Assembly (NCBI RefSeq): GCF_009914755.1
Contig: NC_060934.1
DNA from: the human T2T-CHM13v2.0 reference genome, Homo sapiens
DNA length: 64,000 nt
Reading direction: 5' to 3' (one strand)
Shown: in pieces, positions 1 to 14,360 of the stretch
Layout: each line of letters opens with the position of its first letter
Position numbering within the stretch: the stretch's first letter is position 1
Notes under the pieces: generated by a model
The model's database searches: none
Told to the model about the DNA's origin: nothing
What the model saw: only the letters and a program-made list of their open reading frames with translations
Position numbers and translations under genes: made by a program

Positions 1-4
1 TAAA

Positions 5-175
5 GCCACTTAACTCTGTGACCTTGGGCAAGACACCTAACTTCTCTGTGCCTAATTTCCTCATTGGCAAAACGGGCTAATAATAGCCCCGCCTCACAGG
101 CTGAGTGAGTAAATGGTGTAAATTGCTGAGAGCCGAGCCTGACTCACAGGGCACCCTCTATGAGTTTCAGCTATT
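5..175 (+). mobile_element. MIR SINE
   Basis: gccacttaactctgtgaccttgggcaag...cttctctgtgcctaatttcctcattggcaaaacggg matches the MIR core. Confidence 0.85.
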
Positions 176-1229
176 CTCATGATCTGGGGGTGGCAGTGGG
201 TGCACTTCTGGGAGTACACAGGCCCCAGTCATTCCAGGGACCCCAGAAGCTTCATTCTTAAGCAGGTTTGTCATAGCCCAGCACTGCCTGGAGTTCAACT
301 CATCTGGCTTCAACCCTTCTGATGGCGTGGCCAGGGCAGACAGCCGGGCGTGCGGGCCAGCCAAGTCCACCTACCCATACCTGGCATCTGCTGTAGCCTC
401 CTCCACAACCTCCCCCACTTCACTAAGTCCTGCCCAGACACCTCTCCTTCAGATGACCTGCCCTGAACCCCAGGCTAGGCTATGTCCTCTGTAAGACACC
501 ACCACACATAGAGTCCTGTCCTCAGGCAGTCACTCCACCATATGGCCACACCTGTCTGCCTCACCTTGGGATCCCCAGAGCCTGGCCCAGAGCAGGCCCT
601 GAGGGTGCTTGTTGACTCAACATGGGACCATTGGTAAGTGAAGGAGTAACAGCCTCCAGGTATCCCCAGCCCCTGCATCCTGCTCCTGGTAGCAGCAGCT
701 CCTCCTCCCGGCCTTAGCCCTCCTGCCTATGGTGACCAGCCAGCCTCAAGCAGCCCACCACGAGCCCAACTTGCCCCTGCCTCCTAAACCTGGCTTCAGG
801 CCCTGCCTGACCTCACCCTACAGTCCCGCCCCATCCCAGAACCACCACCCACCCTACCCCAACCCAGACTGGGCAATCATATCAAGAACTACGGAGGAGA
901 GAGGCCACCACAGGTCTCCACTTCTCTGGTCACACAGTTGCCTGGGGGAGTTTCTATCACAGATGAGGAAATGAGTCTCCAGTGGGGACAACACCACCAG
1001 GAACTCCTGTGCCACATTTGGCTTCCCTCGGAGCTGGAAGTCTCACCCCTCCCAGAAGCCACTCAGTGACAATGCACAACCAAAGGACAGCAGACAGAGC
1101 TCAAACGGCTTCTCCTGATCAACTCTGGAGAGGCCATCATCAGCACTAAACCTGGCTGAGCATTGAGCCTGGAGCGAGGAAACATGCATTTCTTTCTGTC
1201 TCCACACCTGAACTTCCCACTGTTCCCTG

Positions 1230-1500
1230 AACACATGTCACCTTTCAACATTTTGTACTTTTGCATACCCTGTTTCCTCTATGTGCATAAGTCTCCTCTG
1301 ACCACTATAAATTCCTACTCATACTTCAAGAGTTTGCTCAGTTGTCACCTCCTCCACGAAGACTCCCCTGATTTCTCCCAGATCTCTCCTCTGTGTTGCC
1401 AGAGCTGTCTCCCCCTCTGGTCTGTGAGCTCCTCCAAGCAGGATCATGTCCAACCCATCTATCCATCTCCCACCCAGGGCTGGCAGATGGGCTCCCTCCA
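1230..1500 (+). mobile_element. L2 LINE fragment
   Basis: aattcctactcatacttcaagagtttgctcagttgtcacctcctcc...ctgtgagctcct resembles the L2 3' region. Confidence 0.6.
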
Positions 1501-2369
1501 TGGATGGTGACATGAGTAATACACACACATCTCTGTGCCCGGCGGTGTGGGCAGTGACAGGCCCAAGTGGCCACACTTCTACCCAAGCTGCAATCCCTGG
1601 TTCCATGAGACTTTCCCGAGGACCAGGCCTCTCAGCACTGGGCTGTTTCCAAGGTCTCTAAGCACAACTCTGGCTCCAGCAAACCCAAACATCTGTGGTG
1701 GTGGCCAGGGACGGAGGGAGAACTGCCTGCCCAGCTAGGCTTCCAGAAGGGGCCTGTGATACACATTTTGCAAATGGCAGGAGACATGCATGTCAGAAAA
1801 TTGTCCACAATCAATTTCAAATTCCAAGCGGAAATGGTTGGTTTGCTGCTAATCTGCTGGAAATCTGAAGATAGTGTCTCCCAGGAGGGAGGCAGGGGGC
1901 CCGGGCTGGTTCCTGGGAGGTCAGAAATGCCCTCTTGACCCCCACCATCTCTGCACACTCAGGGCACAGCCATCTGCCTGGGAAGCAGGGCCAAGTCATT
2001 CTGCACTCCGGACAGAGGCTCTGGCTCTAATGGCCCCTGATCCAGCAGGCCACAGGTAACCCTATTCCAGACCCCCTAAGTGGACCCTTGTGCCCTGAGC
2101 CAGGGCATGCTGAACCAGGCAGGCCCATGGCCCTACTGTCAACCATTCTCTCTCTCCACAAGTATTCAAGCAATGAGACAGCAAAAGCTTTGGATGAAGA
2201 GCACAGTCGGGGTCATGTTATCTCTGTAGGCCTCAGCTTTCCCATTTGATAAATGGGAAGAATAACCTGTCCAAGTGTGTCTCCAAAGGGTATTTGCTAC
2301 CACAAAAGGAAGCAGAGTGAGCAGCTATTATTAACCACCACAGGAGTCATTAGACAGCTGACCTCAATC

Positions 2370-2560
2370 AGCACCTAGTCTGTGCCTCCTATTGTATTTG
2401 GAGACGCAGTGTCTTCAGTTACTCATCAGCAAACCTCTTCACAGTAACATGCATTTAACTGTCTGTCTCCCCAAGGAAGCAAGCAGTCCAGGACCTCCAT
2501 GTGACCATGATTCCCCGAGGCTGGCACACAGAACACACTCAACAAATGTTCATTGGGTGA
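2370..2560 (+). mobile_element. L2 3' end
   Basis: ccccgaggctggcacacagaacacactcaacaaatgttcattg resembles the L2 terminus. Confidence 0.55.
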
Positions 2561-2949
2561 GGGATGGGGTGAGGGTTGCTCCTATACTGCAAACCCTCCC
2601 GTGTATCCGCATGGACATTTTTTTTTACCTCCCAGAGACTGGGGTACCCTCTTCTCACTGCACTTGGGTATAAGAGAGGAGAAACAAGGGTAGAGAAGTG
2701 GGCCAGGAAGCCCTGAATCCCAGCTTCCCTTTCCCTGTTTTCTCCTCTCTCATCCCTAAGTGCAATGAGAATAGAGCATCCCAATCCCACGAGGAAGAAA
2801 ACTGGGAGGCCAGGGAGGGCCCCAGGGGAATAACGCAGCCGTTGTATTAGGGAGCCAGGAGAAAAGGCAAGCTGAGCAGCACTGTTCCCGCATGCTCTGG
2901 AATGCCGCTCCCGCTCCCTCAGGAACTGATACACTGAGGGTTCTCTGGC

Positions 2950-3080
2950 TGGCAGTCACTGGGCATCTCTCTGAGCCTCAGTTTTCCAGTCTCTATAATG
3001 GGGACAGACTTGATGCAAAGACTCAGTGAGGTTTCACAAGCCCAAGACTGCACTGTGTCAGGTACAGTCAAGGCAGGAGT
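2950..3080 (+). mobile_element. MIR SINE
   Basis: ctctctgagcctcagttttccagtctctataatgggga is MIR core. Confidence 0.7.
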
Positions 3081-4539
3081 CGATACAGCCCAGCTGCCTC
3101 TCCTGTTGTATTTCCCACCCATCCTGAACCTACCCCCACCACCACCTGGACAGATCAAACTAGACTCCAAAGAGATACTGCGAAGTGACTGGAATAAGAG
3201 GAGGGAGAGAGTTTAGTAAAGGGAAGTAGAGAAATCTAGAGTACAAATGCCCATTTTTAAGTTTTTCTCAAAGAATAGGGAATGCTTTAGCAAGGCTCAG
3301 GATGAGACTTCCTTTTCAGGGCATTAACAATTTGTATTTTTCACTATCCATCTTCCTTGCAGTCTTTTGCAGGGAGGGAAAGTCTATAAATATTTTTTTT
3401 TAAGAAACGACTGCATTTTGATGAACTCAGCTTAGCAAGTGCTTTGCATATGAATGGGACCTGATTAGCTGGCACTCTCCCACAGCAGAGTAGCCTGCAA
3501 CTTCAAGCTTTCCCAAGAGTTAAAAAGTTGAAGCAGCCACATTTATGTGGCTCCTCTAATAAAAAAATCAGGCATCATTTATTATTAATGCTTGGCTCTG
3601 ATAAATACCCTCATCTAAAATTCTTCACTTGCAGGAACCCTTCAGGATAATTTCTCAGGATAACCAAAGAGAGTACTTCAGCCAGGCCTTTGCAGGAGAA
3701 CGGGATGTCTATGGCAGAGGCTGGGGGACAGGACGTGACACCCACTGAAGTGGCCGGCTGGAGCGTTTTAGGGAAAGCTGAACAGTCTCAGCCACCGAGA
3801 GAGGGAAAGCCGTCAGCTGCAGAAGGGGCTCTGCCTCTGTTGTGACCACCTCAGCCAGGTTCGGTGCAGCTTCTGAGAAGACTAGCACTCATATTAATTC
3901 CCCAGATGAGATGGCTGGGAGCAAGGGGCCAGTTTCTATAATCCAGAGGTGTCTGCTAATTGACATCAGTCCTCCCACAAAGCCAGGCTGTGGTGGGGAG
4001 GCTGTTCCCTGATGGAGTCGCAGATGCTATTAGTGTCCCAGCCAGGCCCCCTTTACAGATGGACACTCCCATCCCCTCTTGCTCTAAATGTTAGGCAGCT
4101 GGGCCTCATAGGTGCCCCCTTCTCCAGCAAACTTCCCTCACCCAGGGGAGCTGCCGGAGGGGATGGCCCACTCCCCACCCGAGGGTAGCTCACAGCCAAT
4201 GTCAGACAGTGGTGGTGGTAGAGGAGGTCACCCCTCCTTCCCTCCAGAGGGAACAACTCTATGTTCCAGAGTCCCTGATCAGGACAGGCTAGACTTACAT
4301 GATACCACATCCTTCCTTGTCTCTTTTTCCTCTCTAACCTGCTTCCCTCCATAAATCTCAGACACCCAACCCCTGTCCCAGGCTCTGCCTCTAGGGAACG
4401 TGACTGGAGACAATTGGGCCCTCCAGATCCACTACTGGGACTCTGGAAGGCTGACTGCTGTGGACGGCATGGCCAAGACTCCCTTGTCCCCAGGTCCCTT
4501 GGTGATTTGACCAATGGGAGACACAGGCAGGAAATGAGA

Positions 4540-4587
4540 GGGTGGAGAGGGGGTGGGGGTGGGGAGGAGGGTGGGTGAGGGTGGGGG
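4540..4587 (+). other. Predicted G-quadruplex motif
   Basis: At least 7 runs of 3-5 G with short loops: gggggtgggggtggggaggagggtgggtgagggtggggg. Confidence 0.7.
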
Positions 4588-5997
4588 TGCTTCTCCCCTG
4601 GCTGCCTCCTTGCTGGGTTGACTGTGGCTGCACTACCTGCTCCAGTTGCTGTCCCCTCTCTGTGCCCCTTCAGGACTAGGGACAGGAACACCTCCTGAGG
4701 CCACTTCAACATAGCTGGTGCCCTAACTTTGCCCACACTTCTAGGAAAACTCTGTTCAGGGTCTGTTTGCTACCAGACCTTAGCTGGCCCGGCAGAAATG
4801 CTCCATCCCCCTTTTCCTTCCTCCAATTTAAAATGGGAGGTTTCATCAGAGCCACCCTAGAAAGAGAGAAGTGGCCAGCTTTCAGGGTTATTGAGAAACA
4901 AACATCGGGCACGTCTGCCCCCAGCTAATCCCTATACAGGCAGCAGCTCCCACGCTATCAAATGAGCCCTGCTCCCCAGTGGAGCCAAAAGAATGAAAGC
5001 CAAACAATGGCATTGGTTTTTCCAGAATCCCTGTGTGCATCCAGACACACGGAAGGGTCTGCACCTCTCACTCATCGGCTCCTTAGTAACTAACAACTTA
5101 GGAAGATCCAATGTGAAGCAAGAGATTAAAATTTCATGCATTTTGCTTCAAATATCTACAAAAACTAAGTTTCCTGGGAGAAAAGAGAAAACTCTTTTCT
5201 CTAAGCAACACAAAAAGCAAGCCATGGCCCAAGCCCCCCCAGGTTGGTGTTGCGGTGTAAATCTTTAATTTCACTTGCTGCTCTCATCCTCTGACCCCAG
5301 CAGCATTCCATAAATATTTAGGCAGCAAGCATCAGGCTTGTTTTCTACTTTGGAATGCTAATGATGAGAATGGGAGGGTGAGAAAGCAGCCTCCATGGTC
5401 CATCCAGCTCTGGGCCCATCAGCAAAATACAGCAGGCATACTGGCGACACAGGGAGCCACCGGCTTCCTTAATGAGCCGAGATGCAGTTCATGGGGAAAA
5501 TCACTACCTGCAGGCGCACTGATGGTGGAACCACCAGCCAAATCAATAGAGCTGGAGAAACCTCAAAGGGAGGGAGGTGCAGGGGAGAGGAGAAAGCACA
5601 GTGGAGGGGAGAAAGCTCCACGGACGTGCATGCAGATAGACTTTTTCCCAAAGAAAATGCAGCTGCCCAGTTCAGCCCTCTCGGCCTCCCTACTCCCCGG
5701 GCCAGAGCCTGGCCAGCTCTCTCCTTGGGCCTTGCACACTCATACATATGCCCTCCTCAAATATTCAGGCCCTGGAGAAGGCCCAGTCCCAACCTCCTAG
5801 TCCTCCACCCACCACCAAATGCAACTGTCACCTCCCCTGCGGCTCCCACATTGCAGAGGGCAGAGGTCTCTCAACTCCTGCCCGAGGCTGACCTCTCTGT
5901 ACCTGGCAGTGTGGACCACAGACCCAGGCCTGGAGAAGGCTGGTCTTGCTTTGAATTCTGCCTTGACCATTTTCTAGTTATGGTCTTCAGCAAGATC

Positions 5998-6937
5998 ATT
6001 TTAAACAGCTTTATTAAGGTACAAACTACATACTATGAAATTCACCCATTGCATGGTTTTGAGTTTTAGCAAATTTATACAATTGTGCAACCATCCCCAC
6101 TATCCAGTTTTACAATATTTCCATACACCCCAAAGGTCCCCTCATGCCTGTTTACAGTCAATCTCTGCTTCCACCCCCAGCTACAGCCAGCTACTCATCT
6201 GGTTTCTGTCTCTATAGTTTTGCCTTTTTTGGAAATTGCACATAAATGGAATCATACAACACGTAGTCTTCTGTGTCTGCCTTCTTTCACTTAGAATAAT
6301 GTTTTGAGGTTCATCCATGTTAAGCGTGTATCAGTGTTTCATTCTTTTGTATTTCTGAGTAGTATTCCACTGAATAGGAATATCCAATTTTGTTTATCTA
6401 TTCACCAGTTGATGGACATTTGTGTTGTATCCAGTTTGAGGCCATCATACATAATGCTGCTATGAACATTCATGTATAAGTCTTTGTATAGACATATGCT
6501 TCCTTTTCTCTTTCGCAAATTCCTAGGAGTGGAATTGCTAAATGATATGGTGAAGTATATGTGTTTATCTTTTTAATAAGCTGTCAAACTGTTTTTCGCA
6601 GCAGCTGCATCATTTTGCATTCCCGCTGGCAGTGTATGAGGGTTCCAGTTGCTCCACATTCTCAAAACACTTGTTACTGTCTTTTTTATTATAGTCATCC
6701 TAGTGGGTGTGAAGTGGTATCTGATTATGTTTTGATTTGCATGTCCCTAAAGACTAACATTATTGAACATCTTTTCTGCATGTTTATTTGAAATCTGTAT
6801 CTCTTTTTTGGTGAAGTATCTATACAAATCTTTTGCCCATTTTGTATTGGGTGGCTTGTCTTATTGAATTGGAAGACTCATTTATATGTTCTGGACAGAA
6901 ATTCATTATAAAATATGTGATTTGCACGTTTTTTCTC
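5998..6937 (-). mobile_element. L1MB-type (L1MB7/8-like) 3' end, 5'-truncated
   Basis: Antisense L1M 3'UTR (aacagctttattaag...aaatggaatcatacaa...gttcatccatgtt...gatggacattt) running into the ORF2 C-terminal region. Confidence 0.85.
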
Positions 6938-8034
6938 TTAGGCAATATTTCAACCTCTCTATGTCTTCACCTGCAAGTTGAAGCATGCCATAACACTTTA
7001 CCATGTTGTAGTAAAGAACAAGGATGATGAGTGCCTAGTGTGTCACATAGGCCATTGAAAAACGGAGCCACCACTACCATCACTGTCCCCACTTCATCCC
7101 TAGAAGTCAAGGTCTGCATGGTCTTGGCCTTCAACTTGAAGTACCCAGTGCAATACAGATGAGGACCCAGGACAGCTTGAGCCCTAGGCCATTCCGGCAT
7201 CCCCAGCATGTTCCCTCCACCACCTGCATACATCATCAATGACACTAGCTCCAGTCTTCACACAGCAAAGTGCAATATCAGCAGGCAGGACCCATTACGG
7301 GAGCACTGAAAATGGAGCACAGTCTCAAAGGGGACAGGTGTGAGTAGGGGGAGGATGACAAGACGTCTTGGCACAGGGGTCAGGAGGAGCAGAAGCACAG
7401 AGAAGGAAAATGTGCATGGCAAATCCTGGGTGCCAGGGAAGGGCTACACGCCTGACCCAGCGAGTGTGGCCAGGCCTGGCTCTCAGGGTTAGCAGGAGAG
7501 CAGAGAGCAGGAGGCAGAGTGGCACTCTGGGGGCCAGGCCATGCTGGAGCCCCTGAGCACTGCTGCTGGGAGGTAGACGTGGTGAGACACACTCAGGAAG
7601 AACTTCTAATTCCATGGGCAGGCACGACACAGTCCTCTGCTTCTGCTTCCACACTCCTTCCCCTCAGAGACCCAAAGCCCAGGAAAGCCAGGGAGACCTC
7701 TGTGCCAGGATCTGTGTCATGAACACTGTGCCATTTCTCACTACGCTCCTGGGAGGAGGTGACATTACCTCCTATGTTAAGGGCTGAACTGTGTCTCCCT
7801 TAAAATGCCCTAACCCCCAGTACCTCAGAATGTGAACTTATTTGGATACAGGGTCTGATATGGTTTGGATTTGTGTCTCCGCTCAAATCTCATGTCAAAT
7901 TGTAATCCCCCCAGTGTTGGACGGGGAGCCTGATGGGAGGTGACTAGATCATGAGGGTGGATTTCCCTCTTGCTGTTCTTACAATAATGAGTGAATTTTC
8001 GGAAGATCGGGTTGTTTAAAAGCATGTAGCACCT

Positions 8035-8423
<389 letters not shown>

Positions 8424-8995
8424 CTACCTTAGTCATGCTTCCTGTACAGCCTGTGGAACTGAGTCAATTAAACTTCTTTTCTTTATAAATTACCCAGTCT
8501 CAGGGAGTTCTTTAAAGCAATTTGAGAACCGACGAATACAGCAAATTGGTATTGAGAAAGGCGGCATTAGTATAAAGATACCTGAAAATGTAGAAGCGAC
8601 TTTGGAACTGGGTAATTGCCAGAGGTTGGAACAGTTTGGAGGGCTCAGAAGAAAACAGGAAGATGAGGGAAGCTGAATATAAAAGTTTGGAAAATTTGCA
8701 GCCTGGCCATGTGGTAGAAAAGAAAAACCCATTTTCTGGGGAAGAATTCAAGCAGGCTGCAGAAATTTGCATATGTAAAGAGGAGCCAAATGTTGATAGC
8801 CAAGATAATGGGGAAAATGCCTCAAAGGCATTTCAGAGACCTTTGCAGCAGCCCTCCCATCACAGGCCTGGAGGCCTAGGAGGGAAGAATGGTTTTATAG
8901 GCAAGGCCCAGGACCTGCTGCTCTGTGCAGCCTTGGGACATGGCACACTGCATCACAGGCACTCCAGCTCCAGCCATGGCTAAAAGGGCCAAGGT

Positions 8996-9437
<442 letters not shown>

Positions 9438-12400
9438 TCAAAGGATGTATGAAAATGCCTGGATGTCCAGGCAGAAGTCTGCTGCAGGGGCAGAGCCTTC
9501 ATGGAGAACCACTACTAGGGCAGTGTGGAGAGAAAATGTGGAGTTGGAGCCCCTACACAGAGTCTCCACTGGGGCACTGCCTAGTGGAGCTGTAAGAAGA
9601 GGGCCACCATCCTCCAGACCCCAGAATGGTAGATCCACCAACAGCTTGCAACATGTGCCTAGAAAAGCCACAGGCACTCAACACTCCATCCTCCAGAGCT
9701 GTAGAGGCTGAGCCCTGCAGAGCCATAGGGACAGAGCCGCCCAAGGCCCTGCGAGCCCACCCTTTGTATTAGTGTTGCCTGGATATGAGACATAGAGTCA
9801 AAGGAGATTATTTTGAAGCTTTAAGATTTAGTGACTGGGTTTTGGGCTTGCATGGGGCCTGTAGCCCCTTTGTTTTGGCTGATTTCTCCCTCTTGGAATG
9901 GGTGTATTTAGCCAATGCCTGCACCCCCATTGTATCTTGGAAGTCACTAACTGGTTTTGAGCTTGCAGGCTCATAGGCAGAAGGTACTTGCCTTGTCTCA
10001 GATGAGACTTTGGACTGTGGACTTTTGAGTTAATCCTGAAATTAATTAAGACTTGGGGGACTGTTGAGAAGGGTTGATTGTATTTTGCAATGTGATAAAA
10101 AATGAGACTTGGGAGGGGCCAAGGACAGAATAATATGGTTTGGATTTGTGTCCCCACCCAAATCTCAAATTATAATCCCCGTGTTGGAGGAGGGGCCTGG
10201 TGGGAGGTGATTGGATCATGGGGGCAAATTTCCCTCTTGCTATTCTTGCAATAGTGAGTGAGTTCTCACAAAATCTGGTTGTTTAAAAGCAAGTAGCACC
10301 TGCTCTTGCTCTCTTCTCCCTTCTCCAGCTATGTAAGACATGCCTGTTTCCCTTTCACCTTCCACCACGATTGTACGTTTTCAGAGGCCTCCTAACCATG
10401 CCTCATATACAGCCCAGAGAAACAATTAAACCTCTTTTCTTTATAAATTACCCAGTTTCAGGTAGTTATTTATAATAATGTGAGAATGATCAAATGCAGG
10501 GTCCTTATAGAAGTGATTAAATTAAAACGAATCAGGAAGGTGGGCCCTATTCCACCTTTATAAGACTGGTGTCCTCATAAGAAGAGGAGATGAGGACACA
10601 GGTACACACAGAGGGAAGACCATGTGAAGACACAGGGAGAAGACAGCCATCTACAATCTAAGGAGAGGGGCTCAGCAGAAACCAACCCTGCCAACACATT
10701 GATCTTATACTTCCAGCCTCCAGAACTGTGAGAAAATAAATATCTGTTTTTGAAGCCCACCAGCCTGAGGGACTTTGTTATGGAAGCCCCAGGAAACCAA
10801 ATATCACATTTCCAGATAAGGAAACTGTGGCTCAGAAGCGGACACTGTACCTGAGGCCCATGGCTGGGGAGAGGCAAGCCTGGCTGTCTGGTTTCAGGGC
10901 CCTGGGCCTCCACACTTTCCACCCCCATCACTCCAGCACACACATCACTAGGACATGAGCTTCCTGGGAGCTAGAACCTGGCCTGGGATTGTGCCTGGCT
11001 CACAGGGGCATTCTGGGACCATCTGGAGAATGAGAGTGGAGTGCTGCCTCCTCTGCACTGAGCCCCATGCTGGAGGGCCAGGGGCACTGAGAGGAAGGTG
11101 CAGGGAAGGCAGCAGGTCAGTGAAGCAGGTGCTGAAAAAGAGCTGTGGCTATTGTACGCAAGAGGGCAAGATATGTCCAGGGGCCCACCTCTTGGGTGGG
11201 TGCGGCGGGGGCGGGGGTGGGCAGGGCAGAGCTGGGACCCTTGAAAAGCAGATTTTAGCTCCAGAAGAGAAGAGACCAACTGCTCCCCTATGGAATGTGC
11301 TGCCCAGATAAGGAGTCCAAGCAGCAGCTGCACGCAGTGGAGCAGCCACCAGGTGCATCAGGGTGAACCTAACAACATGTGGCTTTCCAGCCATGGCATC
11401 AATGCTGCCGCCAAGCAGTGGCTCACTGGTGGTCACCTCAGGTCCCCATCCTCCAGAGATAGCAGCATGGGAGCCCCAGACCAGCCTCGGGGAGCCAAGC
11501 ACAGAGCAGCAGGAGCAGCCAATGTGGAATGGCGTGGAAGGTGTCCCTGCCAGGCTGGGTCAGAGCCCCTGAGAAGGCCCCACTGGCCCTGGGGACATGA
11601 AGCCTGAATGGACACTGCCTCTTTACCCAAGCACACAAGGAGACACAGCCTGATGCTAAAGTCTAGGCAACAGGGTCTGGGGAGAAGCCACCATTCTTTG
11701 GAATCAGTGGCCACTGCCCAGTGCTCTGTGAGGGGTCCAAGGCCCTGTTGCCCACAAGATGCACCAGCTCCCACTTGTTTACCACTCTCAGCCTTGGCTA
11801 TGAACTCTCACCTTATCTCTGACCCTTCAGTCCACCATGCCCTGGCCCCCCAGCCCCTCTCCTCACCTCACCCAGGCTGTCTATTCCCTGAAGTGACTTT
11901 GGCTCCTCTTTGTAACTCCCTCTCTGTCCTAGCCCTTCAGGGCAAAGGCTCCACCCGCTGGCTGGCCCTGGCCATCAGGACCCCTCCACTTCTAGCAAGT
12001 TAAGAGTGAGGCATCTTTACAGGGGGGGGCCCTACAGCCGCAGGCTGAGTCCCTCTGGGCAATGCCCCTGCCAAACGAGCACCACCCATCAGTCCACACC
12101 ACCTCAGGCAGGGCCTCCAGGCCTCATTTGGGCCATGCTCCCCTTAAGCAGAACTCCCCCCCACCGCTATCTGGTCACCAGGGAGTTAGTATCACTAACT
12201 TAATCCTAGACAGAGTTTGCATAGTTATTTCCACATTTTTATTCAATTAATTATTGCAATATCAATAGATCTTTAATTTTCTCATCAGTGAATAATAGGA
12301 ATGAGCCTCAATTCCACAATATAATTAATTAGTTATGAGTGATCTAGTGCAAGTTCCTACTCAAAGTCCTGCTGAGACAAACCCCCAACCACTGCCCCTG

Positions 12401-12659
12401 GGAGGCCATCACCTGCAAGAGCCCAGACTGCCTGGATGGAGCAGAAGACACCCCCACCTGACCCAGCCTGGTCAGAGCCCCGGGTATTTTGCTGAGCTCA
12501 ACAGACCCTCAGGAAGCACCTCCTGTGTGCCAATGCCTATGCTGGGTCCCTGGATGCAAGGATCGAGCTTCACCCCACCCTCAGGGGAATCCTGGCCTCA
12601 ATGGCTCACATGGAAGAAGCAACAGAGACGTGAAGCAGATGGCTTGTAATAATGTACAC

Positions 12660-12950
12660 TAATTCAATTACACAGATTTTTGTTGAGCATTTACTATGTG
12701 CCAAGCCCCGTGCTAGGTTCTGGCAACACAGTGGAACCTCATGGAAACAATGAGCCCACCTGGCAGGGAGTATGTGGTTGCTAAATAATGAACTGAGCCT
12801 TTTGAAGGCAGAGCAAGATTTACCAAGGAAAGAATAAGGTCAGGTGTTCCTGGCAGAAGGAACAACACATACGAAGATCGGAGGAGGACAATGGCATTCC
12901 TAGCTTTTGGATCATGGAGTGTTTGGAGCAAAAGGCCCCACAAGTTGCTG
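12660..12950 (-). mobile_element. L2 3' fragment
   Basis: tttgttgagcatttactatgtgccaagccccgtgctaggttctgg is the antisense L2 terminus. Confidence 0.7.
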
Positions 12951-13364
12951 ATGAGGGTATGGAGGAAGAGGGAGACTGCCTCCTGACCCAGACGCTGACC
13001 TTGAGAGCCTCAGGGGGCTAGGCTGAGGGCTGCCACACTTCCCCTCCCAGGACATCCAAGAAAGGACAAGGGCTCTTGACGTATCCTGAGCTGCCTGCTG
13101 GTGGAGGGATGCCCTCATCAGGCATTCACAGGCCCTGGCTCAGCCTGGGCTGAGGCAGGGGGCACTTTTAAAACTTTTGAAAGGGATATAGGTAAGGCAG
13201 CCAACTTAAAGAGTGCAAGGGGCTAAGGCCATATAGGAAGAATGGCCAAGCTGGAGCCCCTGCCCATGCCCACCTCCAAAACCCCTGTCCAGGCCACCTC
13301 GTCCAAAAGGGCCTCTCCAGCAGTACACTCTTCACACCCTACTCCCAAGAATCAGAGCTCTCCA

Positions 13365-13530
13365 TGTGCCAGATACTGGTGCTTTGCATGGTGACCTTGC
13401 TCCATCCTCCGAGTAATGACATCCAGGCCACAGATGAGGAAACTCAGGCACAGAGAGGTAACATGCCCACAGTCACAGTAACAAGTGGTAGGACAGGGAT
13501 CTGGTACTGACAGCCAATGGACACTGCTTG
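13365..13530 (-). mobile_element. MIR SINE
   Basis: acagatgaggaaactcaggcacagagaggtaacatgcccacagtcacag. Confidence 0.75.
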
Positions 13531-13604
13531 TCCATCAGCTCCTCACCCAGCCCCACCTGCCTCACCAAACTCCCCACCTCCAGCAGGCCTACGCTGGGCC
13601 CAGG

Positions 13605-13740
13605 CTCAAGCTCCCTGTGTCTCAGCTTCCTCGCCTGTAAAACAAGAGTTATAATAATGCCCACTTCCCAGGATGGGTGTGAAGATGTCAACTCCAGCAG
13701 AATGCATATCAACTGTAATTCTCGGTGCTGCTGCTGCTAT
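13605..13740 (+). mobile_element. MIR SINE
   Basis: ctgtgtctcagcttcctcgcctgtaaaacaagagttataataatgcccacttcccagg. Confidence 0.75.
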
Positions 13741-14094
13741 CTGACAGTGGTGGTGGTTCATATCAAGGAACCCGATGCAGGTGTGGGTGCCATCAGGAAC
13801 AGGTGCAAACCCAAAAGAAGAGGAAGAGGACCTGCCAGTAGGCAGTACCACCAAGGCCCAGAGGCCTGGCTCTGCAGACCCGTGCTCAATAGGGTAGGTC
13901 TCCTCTGGGGGAGGACAGGATAGGGGTCAGCCATCCTCAGATGGAGTCTTTAGGGGCTGAGTTACTCCTGGGCCCTAACCAGGCCTGGAGAGCCAAGCAC
14001 TGTCAGGCTGTGCCCACCCCTCCTCATTCATTGACATGGCCCAAAGCCACTCAGCTGTCTGGGTCCTGTGTGTCAGATGCCAATGGGAACTCAG

Positions 14095-14360
14095 CTCCTC
14101 ATAACCACCCTGTGAGCTAGACAACCCCACTTAACAGATGAGGAAACTGAGGCTCAGAGTGGTAAAGAACAAAAAACAATAATGAAAACAGCTAACACAG
14201 AGGGAGCAGTTCCTCTACGCCAGGCCCTGGAGAAAGAGTGTCAATTGTATCATCTCCCTTAATTTTCAAAAATAGTCTGAGTGAGGGATTGCTGCTGCCA
14301 GTATACAAACGAGGAAATCAAGGCCTGGAAATGAAAGTTGCTTGCCCAAAATGCCAGCGC
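14095..14360 (-). mobile_element. Two adjacent MIR fragments
   Basis: acagatgaggaaactgaggctcagagtggtaa and acaaacgaggaaatcaaggcctgg...cttgcccaa. Confidence 0.65.

Noticed and set aside
4053-4736. 227 aa minus-strand ORF
   Set aside because: No recognisable domain; the Pro run comes from the G-tract; consistent with chance in GC-rich DNA.
12200-12345. AT-rich TAAT cluster as an enhancer
   Set aside because: The second half resembles a decayed MIR core (ttttctcatcagtgaa), so the motifs may be incidental.
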